Assembly (NCBI GenBank): GCA_016906335.1
Contig: JADEYG010000003.1
Coordinates: 682,001-746,000, forward strand
DNA length: 64,000 bases
Source: Novakomyces olei
Lineage: Eukaryota
Direction: 5' to 3'
The position numbers and the translations under genes were made by a program. The notes under the pieces are model-generated. The model made no database searches. It saw only the letters and a program-made list of their open reading frames with translations, and was not told the origin of the DNA. Of this stretch, positions 11,202-24,213 are shown piece by piece. Each line of letters starts with the position of its first letter. Position 1 is the first letter of the stretch.

Positions 11202-12893
11202 ATGGGTCTACACAATCCGCTACCGGCGTCGCTCAGTTCCGAGTCGCGGAAGGCGGCAAAAATTTTGGCGTCGTTTATAGACCCGAAACAGGCGCTCAGC
11301 ATGACGGATGTACGAATGCCGATCCGAATACAGTGACGACTAACCACCGTATTATCTTTTAGGTGATTCCGCCAAGCATTCTGGCAAACGCTAAAGGCCT
11401 CGCGGTCATCACGGTTTTGAAGGTAAGTCATTTGCTGCTCTAAATTGATTGCTGTGCTGAGTTAACCGCAGGCGGGATTCTTATTCTCGGGACGTGTCGG
11501 CTCCGGTATCGTTATTGCTCGATTGGAAGATGGAAGTATGCTTTTGCTTTAAATTACAGTATATTTTATGTTTTGTTTCTGTATCTCGATAAATTGCGGA
11601 TTGTTTGACTGCGTTTGCCTCGCTGTTTACTGTTTTGGACCAATCACCATTTTTGATTTCTCATTAATGATTCTTCATTAATAATTTATGATTTTTAGTC
11701 TTTATTTTCGTTTCGTTGTCGGTTTTCATATGTGATGTATTTCGTTTTTGCTTTGTGATTAATTATTTTTGCTCAATCTTAAAATTTTATTAAAATTTAT
11801 TCAAATTTATTTACATTCTCTTTCTCTCTCTGCGTTCACTCAGTACCCATCAATAATATTCACGTATACTAACGCCAGGCTGGTCCGCACCCAGCGCAAT
11901 TGCAACAGCCGGTATGGGCTTTGGAGGCCAAGTCGGGGCAGAATTGACCGATTTTGTTATGATTCTAAATTCTCGGGCGGCGGTCAAAACTTTTGCCTCA
12001 CTGGGAAGTATCACACTGGGCGGCAATGTATCCGTTGCCGCTGGCCCTCTCGGCAGAAACGCCGAGGCTTCGGGCTCTGCCTCCAATCGCGGCATAGCTG
12101 CCGTCTTCTCCTATAGTAAGACAAAAGGCCTGTTTGCCGGTGTCTCTCTCGAGGGCTCTGTCCTTATTGAAAGACGTGATGCAAATCAAAAGTTCTATAG
12201 AAGCAGTGTTACGGCCAAACAATTGCTCAGTGGCCGAGTTACTCCGCCTCAAGGAGCCGCTGCACTTTATCGTGTACTGGATTCACGGGTCTTTAGCCGG
12301 GGAGAGTCATTTAGTGGCGATAATATGTACAACGACATCCCCGTCTACGGTGAGGAGGACGATGAAATATGGAACGGACGTCGAGGTGAGGGCTATGGCG
12401 AAGGCCGTGCTCGCAGGGACACTGCTAGTAGCGCAAATTCTATTGCGCCCTACAGATCCAGACCGACTCCGGCTCAGGCACGGAGCAATTACGATGATGA
12501 TGATTTTTTCGATGACGAGGATCTGGATGATATTGAAGTTGAACCACGGAAACCGGCTTTTCGCTCACAGTACCGTGATAATACGTCTAATTCTAGTGTA
12601 GGCCGCTCTTCACGGTCGGCTCCGGCTCCAGCTCCGGCTCCGGAGCGTCCAACTGCACCTAAACCAGACTTTGGTGGGGGTTTAAGAGCTTTAGCGCTGT
12701 ACAACTTTGCCGGTGATCAAGAAGGCGATCTGAGTTTCAGCAAGGGCGATACGATCAATATCTTAGAAAAGAGCGATACCGTCGATGATTGGTGGACGGG
12801 CCGTCTTAATGGCCGGCAAGGAATTGTAAGGATTTTACATGAAACGATTATACTAATATGCAGTTCCCGGCTAACTATGTTCGTCTTTTGTAA
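11202..12893 (+). CDS. YSC84: SYLF (Ysc84 actin-binding) + SH3 protein, Lsb3/Ysc84/SH3YL1 family; introns 11310-11362, 11423-11471, 11536-11878, 12826-12863
   Basis: MGLHNPLPASLSSE, IPPSILANAKGLA, GFGGQVGAELTDFV, YSKTKGLFAGVSLEG. C-terminal SH3 ALYNF..DLSF..WW..GI|FPANYV. Confidence 0.93.
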
Positions 12894-13107
12894 TTAATTC
12901 AAAATCTTATTCTTATTTATAATACCGTTTATTAACAAAGTCGTTGATTTTGAATAATTGATGGTGAATAAATAAACAAGATAATACTCAACATGCAAAT
13001 ACATGTACACACGTTTTTACCATTAATAATCCTTTTGGCACCCTTGCTGGTCGACTATATATACTACATATAAATATACTATGAACATATAAATATATAT
13101 ACACTAT

Positions 13108-16100
13108 TTACTTTTTAAACTTGCGACCAATATTTTGTACTCCACCGCGGCCATAGTAGCGCAGCTCATTCGTGGCTGTCGCCTTCTTTGGCGCCGCGGA
13201 TGACTGACCTGTCGTTGATGAAGCAAAAGTTCGAGCATTCGCTGCCTGCCCTCCAGATTGGCCTCTTCCTCCTGATCCATTGACTGACGCAGAGTGTACT
13301 GCACGATCATCGAGAGACCGATTGGATTTGCTCGAGGAGATTGTCGTACTACTTTCTCGAACAGCACGGTTATTCGAGAGAAAGGGTGGAGATACAGTGA
13401 CTGACTCAAGTTCTGCCCGGAGTCTCAGCACTTCTGCTTCCAATTCATCATTGCGTCGGAGTAAAGCCTCGTCAACACGATCAACGCCAATACTACTCTT
13501 TGTGTATATCGGAGGCGACGGGAACTGGCCGAGGGAGAGCCGGTCCGATTCTGGACATTAGTTTGACCAAACAAAAATTAAAACAAAAATTTATATTCCA
13601 AATAAATGGACAAGTAGTAGAAACTTGGCTGCAATAAACGTGAAAAATAAAACAAAAACAACAATAAAAAAAGGAATGCTGTTGATCTTGTCTTATATTT
13701 TTTTTATTTTTCACTATTTTAAAAGGCTTTTTTTCCAATTAATGTAGCTTACGTTTTGCCCTACTCCGTGCTTGCTGCGCGTTCTTGCTTGCACTTGCAA
13801 GTCTTGCATCGTACTCCTTGACCAGCCGCAAACGCTCGTCCTCCATTGCAGTCAAGTCGTGTTCTAGTTGTGTGGCACGAATCGTCAGAGCCTGAACTTG
13901 TTGTCGTGCAGAAACAGGCCAGAATGCTTCATCTTGGCCCTGATGGCTCGTCTGTGAGGGCTGAATAAACTCTCCCTCGCGTTCTCCGCTCAGAGGCAAT
14001 TGCGACTGCGATTGGCTGTCCCCCATTCTCTGTACAAGCGCCTGACGGTCTGCTTCCAAGTGCAGCTTCATATTAAGCAGTTCAGTGTAGCTCGATTCCT
14101 TTGTCGCTAGAGCCCTCTGAGCCCGGTCCATTTCTACTGTGTGAGCCTCTAGTGACCTGGACAATTGCTCACTTTCCTCAGTGGCATCTCGCAGATCTGC
14201 TCTGAGCCCATCAATCTTGCTAGTCAGGGCACGACGCTCCTCCCTCAGGCTTCGCAGCTTCCCGTACAAATCAGCCTCGAACTTTTGCCTCTGGCTTTTG
14301 GCCACTTGCGCTTCATTACGCTGCTGCTCTAGCATTACCTGCAGACTCTGATTCTGACTTTTAAGCGCCTTGTTTGTATTGTACAGGTTTTGCCGCTCCG
14401 ACTCCACTACAGAGTCCTGAATGTGAATACGCAAAAGCCGGCCGATATGCTGAAGGTGCTGCTGTTTGAGGAACCGTTCAAAATTGAGTTGGTTCTGTAA
14501 CAGGATTATTTTACGCTGCAAGTCTTCGTAAGAAAAATCTGCATTTGCACCAATGGCTTGGTCCTCTTCTGTGTGCGAGTTTATACTACTGACACGGCTA
14601 ATACTCGTGTCCCTGTCCGTGGCAGCGGTACTCTCCGCCTTGCCGTAAACGTTTTTGTATGGCTCCAACTGTACACCAGTATGGACGCGAAGCATATCCT
14701 GTACAGACGCGACACTGTACGGCAGAGAGTCACTGACTGTACGCGGCTGAGGCGGTGAAAGAGCAGCTCCAGGCAAAGGCGACGCCGATGGCAGATGTGG
14801 GACCGGTCCCAACGCTGATCGATGCTGCTGCGTATTGTGGTTGTGTGTAATATCTCGGGGCAAGAAAGCCGGAGAGGCAAGCCGGCTCTGTGAAGTGTCC
14901 AGGGCACCTTCGGCTGCCACTGCCGAATGGCCCACGGCCAAAGAGGGCTCTACTACCTCATTACTGGGACCTGTAACAGATGCTTCTGCGCTTCCTCCAC
15001 GGTACGAAGCCAGAAACGTATCGTAGGCAAGACAGTTGGATACTAAATCAGCAGGATCGTCTTTAGCAAACCTTTTCGTGTCCTCGAGTTCGGAGGCCAC
15101 GGAATACAGCCCGAGATTCGGGTTCAATGTATGGCGCAAGATGATGGGGACACTGCGCGAATGGATCAGTTCTTCGTCCAGGACATCGTTCATGGTGCCG
15201 CCGGGCACCATGCCATGAGGATCACGAATAAAGGCAAGAAGATTGACGGGAAATAGACCGTACAATATTGTGAAAAGTTGAACTGCATCAGGCGGAGTGC
15301 TGATGGCACCTTCAAACGAGGAGTCTGCCAGTTAGTTTAGCGAACATATGCGTAATTGGTCGCAGGGGGAATATACGGTGATTTTACAATCGTGGGTTTG
15401 CAATAAAAATCTGATAAATAATAAGAAATAACAATGATACTAAAAAATGAGAATAAATAAAAGATGCTGGCAATAAATGAAGTAGTATATTCATACTTAT
15501 AAATATAATCCAAAAATAAAAATAAAAATAAAAATAAAAATAAAAATAAAATAAATAAATAAACCTCAGACTGATGATATCAAAAGAAACAAACTTGTCT
15601 AGACGCAAATGACGAGAATAAAATACGAGGATGTATACATAGTTCAACTTTTGAGGGCGTAAAAAGACATTGCAAGCATAGCCAACTTGTAATATGTATG
15701 TAAAATGCAAGCCTTTATGATACGTACCTATTTGCCGCCATCCGTCGATTTCTTGAGTAGAAACTTGACTGCTAAAATCGGTGGAAGAATTCTTGAGCCG
15801 TTGAGCCCCACCGGAGTGGTCCCATAAAAGTACACGAGCATATATGCAAAATAAACGACTCAGATACTGGGGCATTACATGGAACAAACTGGGCAGCAAA
15901 ACAACCAGCACTGTAAGCGCCAAAGAAATTATTGTCGTTGAACAATCATGCTAGTCCAATTAGTAATGGTATTCGTGTTGTTTTAATACGAGCCTCAACT
16001 TTTTAAAGACAAAGAAAGAGTAAAAGATAAAGAAAAAAAAAGACAGAGAACAAAGCGAGAGAAAAATTATATATTGAAACTTGTCCTATCACTTACCTCG

Positions 16101-16896
16101 AGGCATAGAAGAAGATGATCAAAAAGAGGAGTCTCCTGAATCTTGAACAAGTAAGGAGGGCTCTGACGGCAGAACGTGCTCAACAGATATAGCGCCGAGA
16201 GCCGGTAGTTTGCGTCGACAAAAAACGGATCAATGTAAGCGAAGAATTGCTGTTTATTAGTATGGAAAAGCCATAAAAGTACAAGGGCGCCACACAAATC
16301 CTCACCTTTGTACATAGTCGAGCAAACTCTGTAAGGAGCACTTCCTGGCGGCTTAGAACAGCATCACTTGTGTCGCGAGGTGCTTCGTCCGCGTGATGTG
16401 TGAAACGTGCCTCCGACGCAGAAAGATAAGTCTGCAAAACTTCGTCAAGTACATTTTTCCCCGCTTTCACTGCCTCTGCAGACACAACTACGTCACTGTC
16501 CATGACTGAGCCCTCATTGACAAAGCAGAGTATTCGCAGAGCCAATCGAGTGGTATTTTCCAGCACAGACTTGTTGACATCCGCTGCGGCAAAAACGGCC
16601 ATTACCATTGTATCCGTCCAATATTTCCAAACACCGGCACCGCCCTCGACGAGAACGGGAAACAGCTCATACAAGGCATCACTTAATAACGCTACTTGGC
16701 GATCATTGCGCACTGCTTTTTGCAATAGCGATCGAAGCCCGTCACTCAGCTTTGATACATCATTGCCACTAATGCTCGTCGCTTTTTCTGCATACTCGAT
16801 CAAAAGATCCCGATAATCGGGGTGCAATCGAATATCGGATCCTTCTGCCGCGAGAGTCGACCCAAGCTGCTTAAGTACCAGAGCCGTCGATACCAT
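13108..16896 (-). CDS. TSC1: Hamartin (TSC1) homolog; introns approx. 16250-16305, 15951-16096, 15325-15727, 13551-13752
   Basis: LFTILYGLFPVNLLAFIRDP, IILLQNQLNFERFLKQQHLQHIGRL, a long coiled coil, and the fungal C-terminal RYYGRGGVQNIG. Confidence 0.88.
15513..15560. repeat. (AAAAAT)n/(AAAT)n tract within a TSC1 intron
   Basis: Direct reading of the sequence. Confidence 0.85.
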
Positions 16897-17300
16897 TGCC
16901 GCCTGTTCGCATCTAGAGATAAGGATTGGCTGCCAGTCAGATAATTATAATGTAAATTTATTCACTTTTATAATATGGCTTTTTATTTATTCTATTTTAC
17001 TTTATTTTATATTATATTATATTATTATATTATTTTATTTGTTTTATTTGTTCAAATTTATTTTTATTAATATTCTCAACATAGATTAAAATGTATATAA
17101 CAGGAATAATAAGCAGACAATTTAGCAGATAAAAGCTTGACACTAGTTTTACAAGGGACAAACAGGCAATTATAACGCGCTGGACCGTACAATTTATAGG
17201 CGAAACCAATCATGCATTTCAGACACTGACAACTATTTACTTGCCCATCCACTCTCCCCTTTCTTCTGCTATTAACACATCAAGTTCCTTCCGCCCATGA

Positions 17301-18248
17301 CTAGTGATCCTCCTCAAAAAGCCCCGGACAGTTCTCCTCTAACTCCTCTGCGTCATCGTAAGCACATCCGCACCAGAAACAGTAGTGATAAGTGTTGCGC
17401 AAATACTCAAGGACAAGGTGGAGCTGTGTAAACAGGTCAAAGGCCTCAAACTGGTCTAGTTCCACGTCTACATCGTCTCCCAAGTCTTCAATCTCTGTAT
17501 TCTTATCCGGCTTCAAAGACGTTGCAATGCCGCTTTCATCCCCATCGCCACTGTCTTGTTCGTCGTCACTTTCTCGCTGCGTTCGACTCATCACTGTTTG
17601 CATCTGCTGTCGGCGCTCAAGCGCCTGCTGCCGTTCGCGTACAAGTCCCCTCCATTCTACGGGTATCGAGGCAATTGACCGCTTCGTGCCGTGCCCACTT
17701 ATCTCAGTAGCCTTCTCAAACAACTGCTCACAGACTCGTTGAGCCGAGCGTAAATGATTACGTGTACGCGACTCTTCGTGTGTTTGGCGCACGTGATTAC
17801 GGTAAGCATCGTGCTCTTCACGATGCTTCTCTTGCATCTGCGCTGCTGCTGCGCGTAACGCGTCACGCTGAGCTGACGCGTGACCAATTCCGTTGCGATC
17901 TGAAGGCACACTGATCCTGATTGGCTCCTTACGCGCCTGCGCGTGCTTGCCCAACGCGTTGCCGGGCGTGTACCCCATACGCCTCATCATTTGTAAGGCT
18001 GGCGATTCTTGTGCGCCTTCCGGTCTCTGTCGAGTGATTATATTTTGCTCGAGAGCGAGTTCACGGGCCTCTTGCTCACTCTGCGCCTGCGTTTTCTGCC
18101 TTTTGCGCCCACGTTCGTAAACGTCGTTTGCACGCTGCTCTTCACGTGAAAGTAGGCAAGATTGAGTGTCCGCGATCGGCATTGTCATATAATCGTCCTC
18201 CTCTTCTTCGCCTTCTGCGGGCGAAGACGCGGATCTGTCCGGTACCAT
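17301..18248 (-). CDS. G-patch + DUF4187 protein (GPATCH11/CCDC75-like)
   Basis: EEDDYMTM N-terminus, G-patch ALQMMRRMGYTPGNALGK...NGIG, C-terminal YLRNTYHYCFWCGCAY...CPGLFEEDH. Confidence 0.9.
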   Translation of the reverse strand: MVPDRSASSPAEGEEEEDDYMTMPIADTQSCLLSREEQRANDVYERGRKRQKTQAQSEQEARELALEQNIITRQRPEGAQESPALQMMRRMGYTPGNALGKHAQARKEPIRISVPSDRNGIGHASAQRDALRAAAAQMQEKHREEHDAYRNHVRQTHEESRTRNHLRSAQRVCEQLFEKATEISGHGTKRSIASIPVEWRGLVRERQQALERRQQMQTVMSRTQRESDDEQDSGDGDESGIATSLKPDKNTEIEDLGDDVDVELDQFEAFDLFTQLHLVLEYLRNTYHYCFWCGCAYDDAEELEENCPGLFEEDH

Positions 18249-18362
18249 TGTCGTTGCGCGCCGGTCTCGAGGCTTAGGAAGCCAGAGTTGCGACTTTCTA
18301 CATCGTCTCGCCAGAGAGATGGCAAGTGTAATTATTTCATAGATATAAAACTACGATGAATA

Positions 18363-18440
18363 TTTAATAATTTAATAATTTAATAATTTAATAATTTAAT
18401 AATTTAATAATTTAATAATTTAATAATTTAATAATTTAAT
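18363..18440. repeat. Octamer tandem repeat (TTTAATAA), about 10 copies, in the divergent GPATCH11/DUT1 promoter
   Basis: Direct reading of the sequence. Confidence 0.95.
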
Positions 18441-18442
18441 AT

Positions 18443-18595
18443 ACGCGTCGTATAATATTATATTTCTATGTATGAATGAATAAACTAATTCATACCCTGA
18501 GCACCGTCCTACTTTTACTATGATCAGGAGAATTCTTAATTAAATGGTAAAATAGATAAATTAATACTAATTATTATACATCGATCAAGACGCGT
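18443..18595. promoter_or_regulatory. MCB (MluI cell-cycle) boxes upstream of DUT1
   Basis: ACGCGT at 18443 and 18590, plus ACGCGA at 18655, upstream of an S-phase gene. Confidence 0.6.
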
Positions 18596-18659
18596 TCTTG
18601 CAGTACTTTGTTTTATATACAACAAAGTCTAAAACTACCGTCCTCGACTCTGTTACGCG

Positions 18660-19154
18660 ATGACTCAAACCTCACAAATGTCGCTGCTTGTAAAGCTGCT
18701 CTCGCACGATGCAAAGGCCCCGACACGTGGATCGGCTCAGGCGGCCGGGTACGATATTTACGCGAGCAAGGATACGGTAATTGCTGCTCGTGGACGCGCC
18801 TTAGTAGACACAGACATTGCCATTGCTGTTCCAGCAGGCACTTATGGACGCGTCGCGGCGCGTTCTGGTCTTGCTGTCAAGCGCGGTATTGACGTGGGCG
18901 CGGGTGTGATCGACGAGGACTACCGCGGCCAAGTGCGCGTGCTGCTGTTCAACCACTCGGACGACGAGTTTAAAAGTATTTTTATATTATTTTATTTTCA
19001 AGGTCTTCACAGATACTAATTTATACCAGTTGCTAAACACGATCGTATCGCTCAATTGGTACTGGAACAGATTTTTACTCCGCCGGCCGTTGTTGTCGAC
19101 TCGCTCGAGGATACAGTGAGAGGCCACGGCGGGTTTGGTAGCACGGGCCAATAG
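18660..19154 (+). CDS. DUT1: dUTP pyrophosphatase; intron 18976-19029
   Basis: [37 protein letters not shown] (motifs I-V). Confidence 0.97.
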
Positions 19155-19522
19155 ACGCTGTTCATAATATACAATGTTTTTGCTATATGAATTGCCTTTT
19201 TATCGACATGCTTCTCTCATGCATGCGCCAGGTTTCCTTGGCAAAAAAGTGGATAGCACTGGACAGGATATTGCCCATGTAAATTTGCACTAGAATCGAT
19301 GATCATGTTTGAGCCAATTTTAGAGTTGGCACCAAAAAAAACTTGAAAAATAGGAGAGATCAAGTAGAGGCTCATCGTTACAAGCGAAAAGAATCAGCGT
19401 CGGAAACATTACCAGTCACCCGTAGTCGTCCGCGATACACGCTCAGCTTACACATATAACGTACTCGACCAAGCATGCCTCATTATCTCCAAATTAAATC
19501 TAATAATCTAACATAATCTAAT

Positions 19523-21735
19523 CTACATTTCCTTCAGCACGGCAAGAATCGCCTTGGCTCCCTTGTTTTCTTCCGCGGCTTTAGTAATAGCTGCCTTATG
19601 CTTGATCAGTCGGTCAACCAATGGCTTCCTCGCCTCTGGATCCAGCTCAGTCAGTACATTACTTACCACAAAGGCACCAGGCGATGTCGCCCAGTCCAGC
19701 GGGCGAGACTCGATTAGAGTTTGCAGCTTTTCAGCAAACTGCAAATTGTACGCACTTTTCTCCACACGAGCCTTTTCCTTGTTCCAAAATCCGTTTTGCA
19801 CGAGCGCTTTAAGCACACGCTGAGCATTGGGACCGCGTTGAAGCACGTGACTCTCGTCGTTTGGGTTCCCTGCAACAGCATCAAGAACGGCCTGAACAGC
19901 TGCGTCTTTTTTCTGTTGTTTTTCTTCGTCGGGAGGTAGCGATAATAAGCATTCGGTCAGCACTTGACTTGCCAAAGGCTCAGATAGCATTGTGTCCGCA
20001 TTGTCCGCAATACATGAGAAAATGACAGGAGCCAGAGCGCGCTGTAACTCGGATCTTCGCACTTTATCATCTTTTTTGCTCGTCTTTACACTGTCCATTC
20101 GCTGCAAGAGATTACGAGTGTGCTGGGCAAAGTATCTTGGATCACGTCCACTGGCGAGGTACAGGAAGGGCCTCCGAGCGTGCTTATCCATTGCCGCTTC
20201 GACAAGCGTCTTGTCGGTAAAAGTACTGGCAAACAGTTTAGCCACCAGTACGGTATCATCAACAGTATCCATTATAGCCAGCAAAACAAGCGATCCATAC
20301 TCATCCTGAGCTGCCTTTGCAAGGAAAGGGCGCAGAGCCTTCAAAATAGTTTTACGGTCTTTAGCTGAGGCTCTTGCCAGGATCCAAATGGCCGCCTCTG
20401 ACCCGTCCTTTGTATGCACAAACTCGGGGACCAGTTCCCTTACTGTCTCGAGGCACTGCTGCATTTCCCCATCGTCGGCCTCCCTTACATACTCCAAGAG
20501 CGCGCGATGAAGTATGGAAAAGCCAATTGACCCCTTGGCTATTGAAGCCTCCAGTGTAGACCACAAGTTCGTCAGTGCCGAGTCTCGTTTTTGTGGTGAT
20601 GTTGCAATTAGTTGTTCCAGCGTTTGTGGAGCATTTTGAGAGCTTTTATCCTTGAATATTGCAAATTCAGGTCCATAGAATTCCTGAATCATTCCTGCTT
20701 TCTGCGCAGCATTGCTGTAATCGCGAAAGGCATCTTCAATGACATATGCTGCCTCCTTGTGTCGTATTAGCTTGCAAACATTGCCGCCAAATTCCTTGTA
20801 CACCTGCTGCCGAATTGCTGGTGTGCCGTAGAACAATAATTTTACCACCAAAAATTTCCCATAGGCAGACTTGCTCAGCTCTACTATGGATCCGGACAGC
20901 TCGTCCATCAGCACTTGGCGCTGACTGGCATCGCCGTACTTGAGAGCCGTTTGAATTATGCGTGACGCATCATGCTTGAAAACAATTTCATGAACATGGC
21001 CACGAATCAATGAAAATAAATGCTGTATAAGCTTCTGTCGCTCTTGGCGTGGAATCTTTTTTTGCTGCAGCCGACTCCAGTCTTTTTTGGCTTCCTTCAA
21101 AAGATCGAAATGGGGTTTGGCCATTTTGCGTGATTTAAGAGCTTCTTTTTGAGCTGCATGGGCTTCACGCGAGGCTAGAATGTTAGAGTACAAGAGAAAA
21201 GATTATTCAGAAGGAACGAAAGCATTTCCTAAAAATAAAAAAAGTAAAAAAAATAAATAAATAATAAAAAAAAAACAATATAAAAAGCGAATGATTAACG
21301 GGTTGATTAGAAACAAGCATAAACATGAAGAAATAAATCGACAGGCAATTCGCACCGTTGCATCGAACAAAAAGCAAAGCATATTCAAAGAAACAATTAA
21401 CAGATAAATCTTAAATTAACTTTGGCATTGAATGGTATACCATTTTCATTGCGGGGCCGTTTGAGTGGCGGTTCGTTTTCAGCGTCTTCATCACTGTGAT
21501 CTTTCCCGCTTTCCTCACTGCCACTTTCTCGAGTATCACTTTTCCCATCTTCACTGTCCTCAATGTCCAATTCGTCCTCGCTACTTTCTAGCTCATCGCT
21601 ACTCGATTCAGCACTGTTCTCTTGCAACGATGCTTCACTCTCGCTCATCGCGCCTTCTTGCTCATAATCGCTTCTGGGCTTGCTGCCCTGAAAATGCTTT
21701 GGTTTCGCTTTGTGAGTCGAGTCTTTGCGCGCCAT
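19523..21735 (-). CDS. PUF6: Pumilio-homology protein Puf6; intron 21175-21440
   Basis: Acidic N-terminus, VFKHDASRIIQTALKYG, SAYGKFLVVKLLFYG, HTKDGS, KDRKTILK, VDDTVLV. Confidence 0.92.
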
Positions 21736-22183
21736 TCTGCTCGGCCTCGCAGCTACAACTCGCCAAAGGCTGTCTGTCCCAAAAAAAAAATTAATTGGAA
21801 ATAATACGTGATAAGGTGCAGAAATCTTTTGGTATAATAATGTATGTCCCTTTACAATACGCTACAATGGGAGCACATTTTATAAAAATATAGGATGGAT
21901 ACACTTGTGTATTAAAAGCTGCGGTATCGATACTAATAAATCTTTAAATAAAACTTGCAGTCAAGTAACGGTTCACCCAATTCTACGCTGCTATATCCTC
22001 AAAGCTCACAAGTAACAACTATATCTTTGCTTTCGGATTGGCCGGCTCTACAAAGTAACGGGATTCTTATACGAACGATCAAATAGCAAGAAAAGAAACG
22101 AGAAAAAGCACACACAGGCATTAGTGTATATATATTCAGTCGTCCCGAACTAGAGAGCCTTACACTTGTGTTGTACTGTTACA

Positions 22184-22838
22184 ATGTCTTTGTCGACTGT
22201 TGCGGAATGGCTTTCCGAAGCCATTGCCTTCCCAGCCGTTGTGCGTGCGGAGGAAGAAGACAATAAGGAGGTACTAAAACTATATATTTCTGCTTTTTTC
22301 CCTGCGTCGTTCGAATCAGATGCTGACAGGGTAACAAGCCGGAATCGCAAACGGAGGAGACCGAAGCTCCTTCAGCGGAACCCGAGCAAGAGGAGGTTGT
22401 TGAAGAAGAAAAGGAAGAGGACGAAGAGGAAGAGGACGACGAAGAAGAAGAAGAAGAAGAAGAACCGGAAGATCCTGCTCCTGCTATTATTGAAGGTAAG
22501 TGAACGAGATACGGAGTGGTGATTGATCAGTTGTCAATAAAAATAAAACAATTTTTCAATACGATCTCCTCTGACTACTATGCTAATGATCTAGCGGCTT
22601 ACAATTCGCGTGATTGTGCTCCCGCACTCCATCATTTCCATGAATGCTCCAAGCGAGTGGAAGACGGAGCCAGCGAAGATTGGTACGTATCTATAACGGA
22701 AATCAATACTAACCTGAATAGCACTGAGGAATTTTTCCATCTGTACGGACCCAATTATTAATATTCTACTAACCATTCCACAGCAAGCATTGTGCCGATC
22801 ATCATACGGCGGCAAAGATCTTTGCCCAACTTAAATAG
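22184..22838 (+). CDS. QCR6: Ubiquinol-cytochrome c reductase hinge protein; introns 22271-22338 (or 22329), 22496-22594, 22683-22721, 22743-22783
   Basis: Poly-Glu N-terminal region, then EPEDPAPAI..CAPALHHFHECSKRV..EDCTEEFFHLKHCADHHTAAKIFAQLK (hinge Cys pattern). Confidence 0.9.
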
Positions 22839-23067
22839 ATGGCTCTCATGTTCCACACCCAAACAAGTTGGCAAAACCAAGTAAAATCGGAAAAGAGAAG
22901 ATTGAAAAAAGAAAGGGTTGGTGTAAAAGGCACATGTCTGCGGGTACGGCGCGAGCGCTAGAACGGCACAGTGTACTTAGCATCGATAATTTCGAGATTA
23001 TTGTAGAACTAATCTATCATACTAAAGTTTTTGACTAAATTGTATTGCTCACTGAATGCTTAGAAAT

Positions 23068-23376
23068 TTATTCCATAACCTCGCCCTCCTCTAAATCCTC
23101 GGGATCGCGTGACAATACCTCGATCCAGGCCACATCTCCCAGCCTTACTACTGCTCTAGAGAAAACACCCCAGCTGCTATGCAGCCCAGATACGCATATT
23201 TTGCTCTCTGAAGAGTCGACGGCCAAGATTTTATTAATATCTGTGACCTGTCCCGAGTGTAGGTGTAGTCGCATCTGAAGCCGTCCATTGGTGGCTATAA
23301 GGCTTTTATACAATTTTAGAGTACGCAGCCGCTGTTGCGTTGCTATGCCGCCTTTAGCCTGTAGTTCTTTGTCCAT
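23068..23376 (-). CDS. Probable Gemin7 (Sm-like fold, SMN complex component)
   Basis: By-eye similarity to the Gemin7 pattern (..RxxxLxxLxxxxG..xxLHxGxxV....xDxxxxxxxVSxLxxxxGVxxxAxxRxxD): RTLKLYKSLIATNG, LHLHSGQV, AVDSSESKICVSGLHSSWGVFSRAVVRLGDV. Confidence 0.7.
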   Translation of the reverse strand: MDKELQAKGGIATQQRLRTLKLYKSLIATNGRLQMRLHLHSGQVTDINKILAVDSSESKICVSGLHSSWGVFSRAVVRLGDVAWIEVLSRDPEDLEEGEVME

Positions 23377-23480
23377 TTCGTTGTCGTGCCATTAAGCATT
23401 AGTGTAATCAAGCTGCAATCAAGCAAGCATTTTGCAGAGATCATCTGGTTTTTCTATTTCGTGAGCGCAGGCTACTAATC

Positions 23481-23693
<213 letters not shown>

Positions 23694-23731
23694 GTATTTT
23701 ATGTTTTGTGCCGCTTGTCTGCACTTTTCAT

Positions 23732-24213
23732 ATGGGTGAAGCGTCACCCAGCAAGCGACAAAAGCTGCAAGGTACAGCTGCACAGTATTATATATTAACA
23801 AACGATTAGACGGGTACACTGTTCAAAAACGAAGTCTCCCTCGACCGACACGTAAACGCCGACACAATGTGCGCGACGGCAGCGCAGCCGCGTCTGCTGC
23901 AAACACGGCGACAAACGTCTTTTTAAAGCAATCGACGCCAGCTGTTAGCGTTTATAAGCGTGTTGAAAAAATGTTAAAAATGCACAAGCATGCGACGATC
24001 CACGCTACCGGTCGCGTAATTCCTTATGCACTACAGCTGCTATTGAATATACGCGCTGGCCAAGCACGCGTAGCACGCATACAAGACCGAGTCGCTACGG
24101 ACACGGTGCAAGCGTATGATGATCTTGTGCCGCGAGAGGACGATGTGGATGCGCAGCTCTCGGAGCAGAAACGGATGGTGTCAAAAGTTGTGATTAATTT
24201 ATGGGTTGATTAA
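23732..24213 (+). CDS. POP7: RNase P/MRP subunit Pop7/Rpp20 (Alba-like); 38-nt intron 23772-23809
   Basis: VQKRSLP..NVFLKQSTPAVSVYKRVEKML..IHATGRVI..VATDTVQAYDDLVP..KRMVSKVVINL matches the Rpp20/Pop7 pattern. Confidence 0.8.

Noticed and set aside
11292-11362. Possible GC donor in YSC84 after IDPKQ
   Set aside because: The canonical GTACGA donor at 11310 restores the expected spacing to IPPSIL.
18363-18440. Regular repeat resembling a CRISPR or iteron array
   Set aside because: A simple 8-mer tandem repeat without spacers, in a eukaryotic context.
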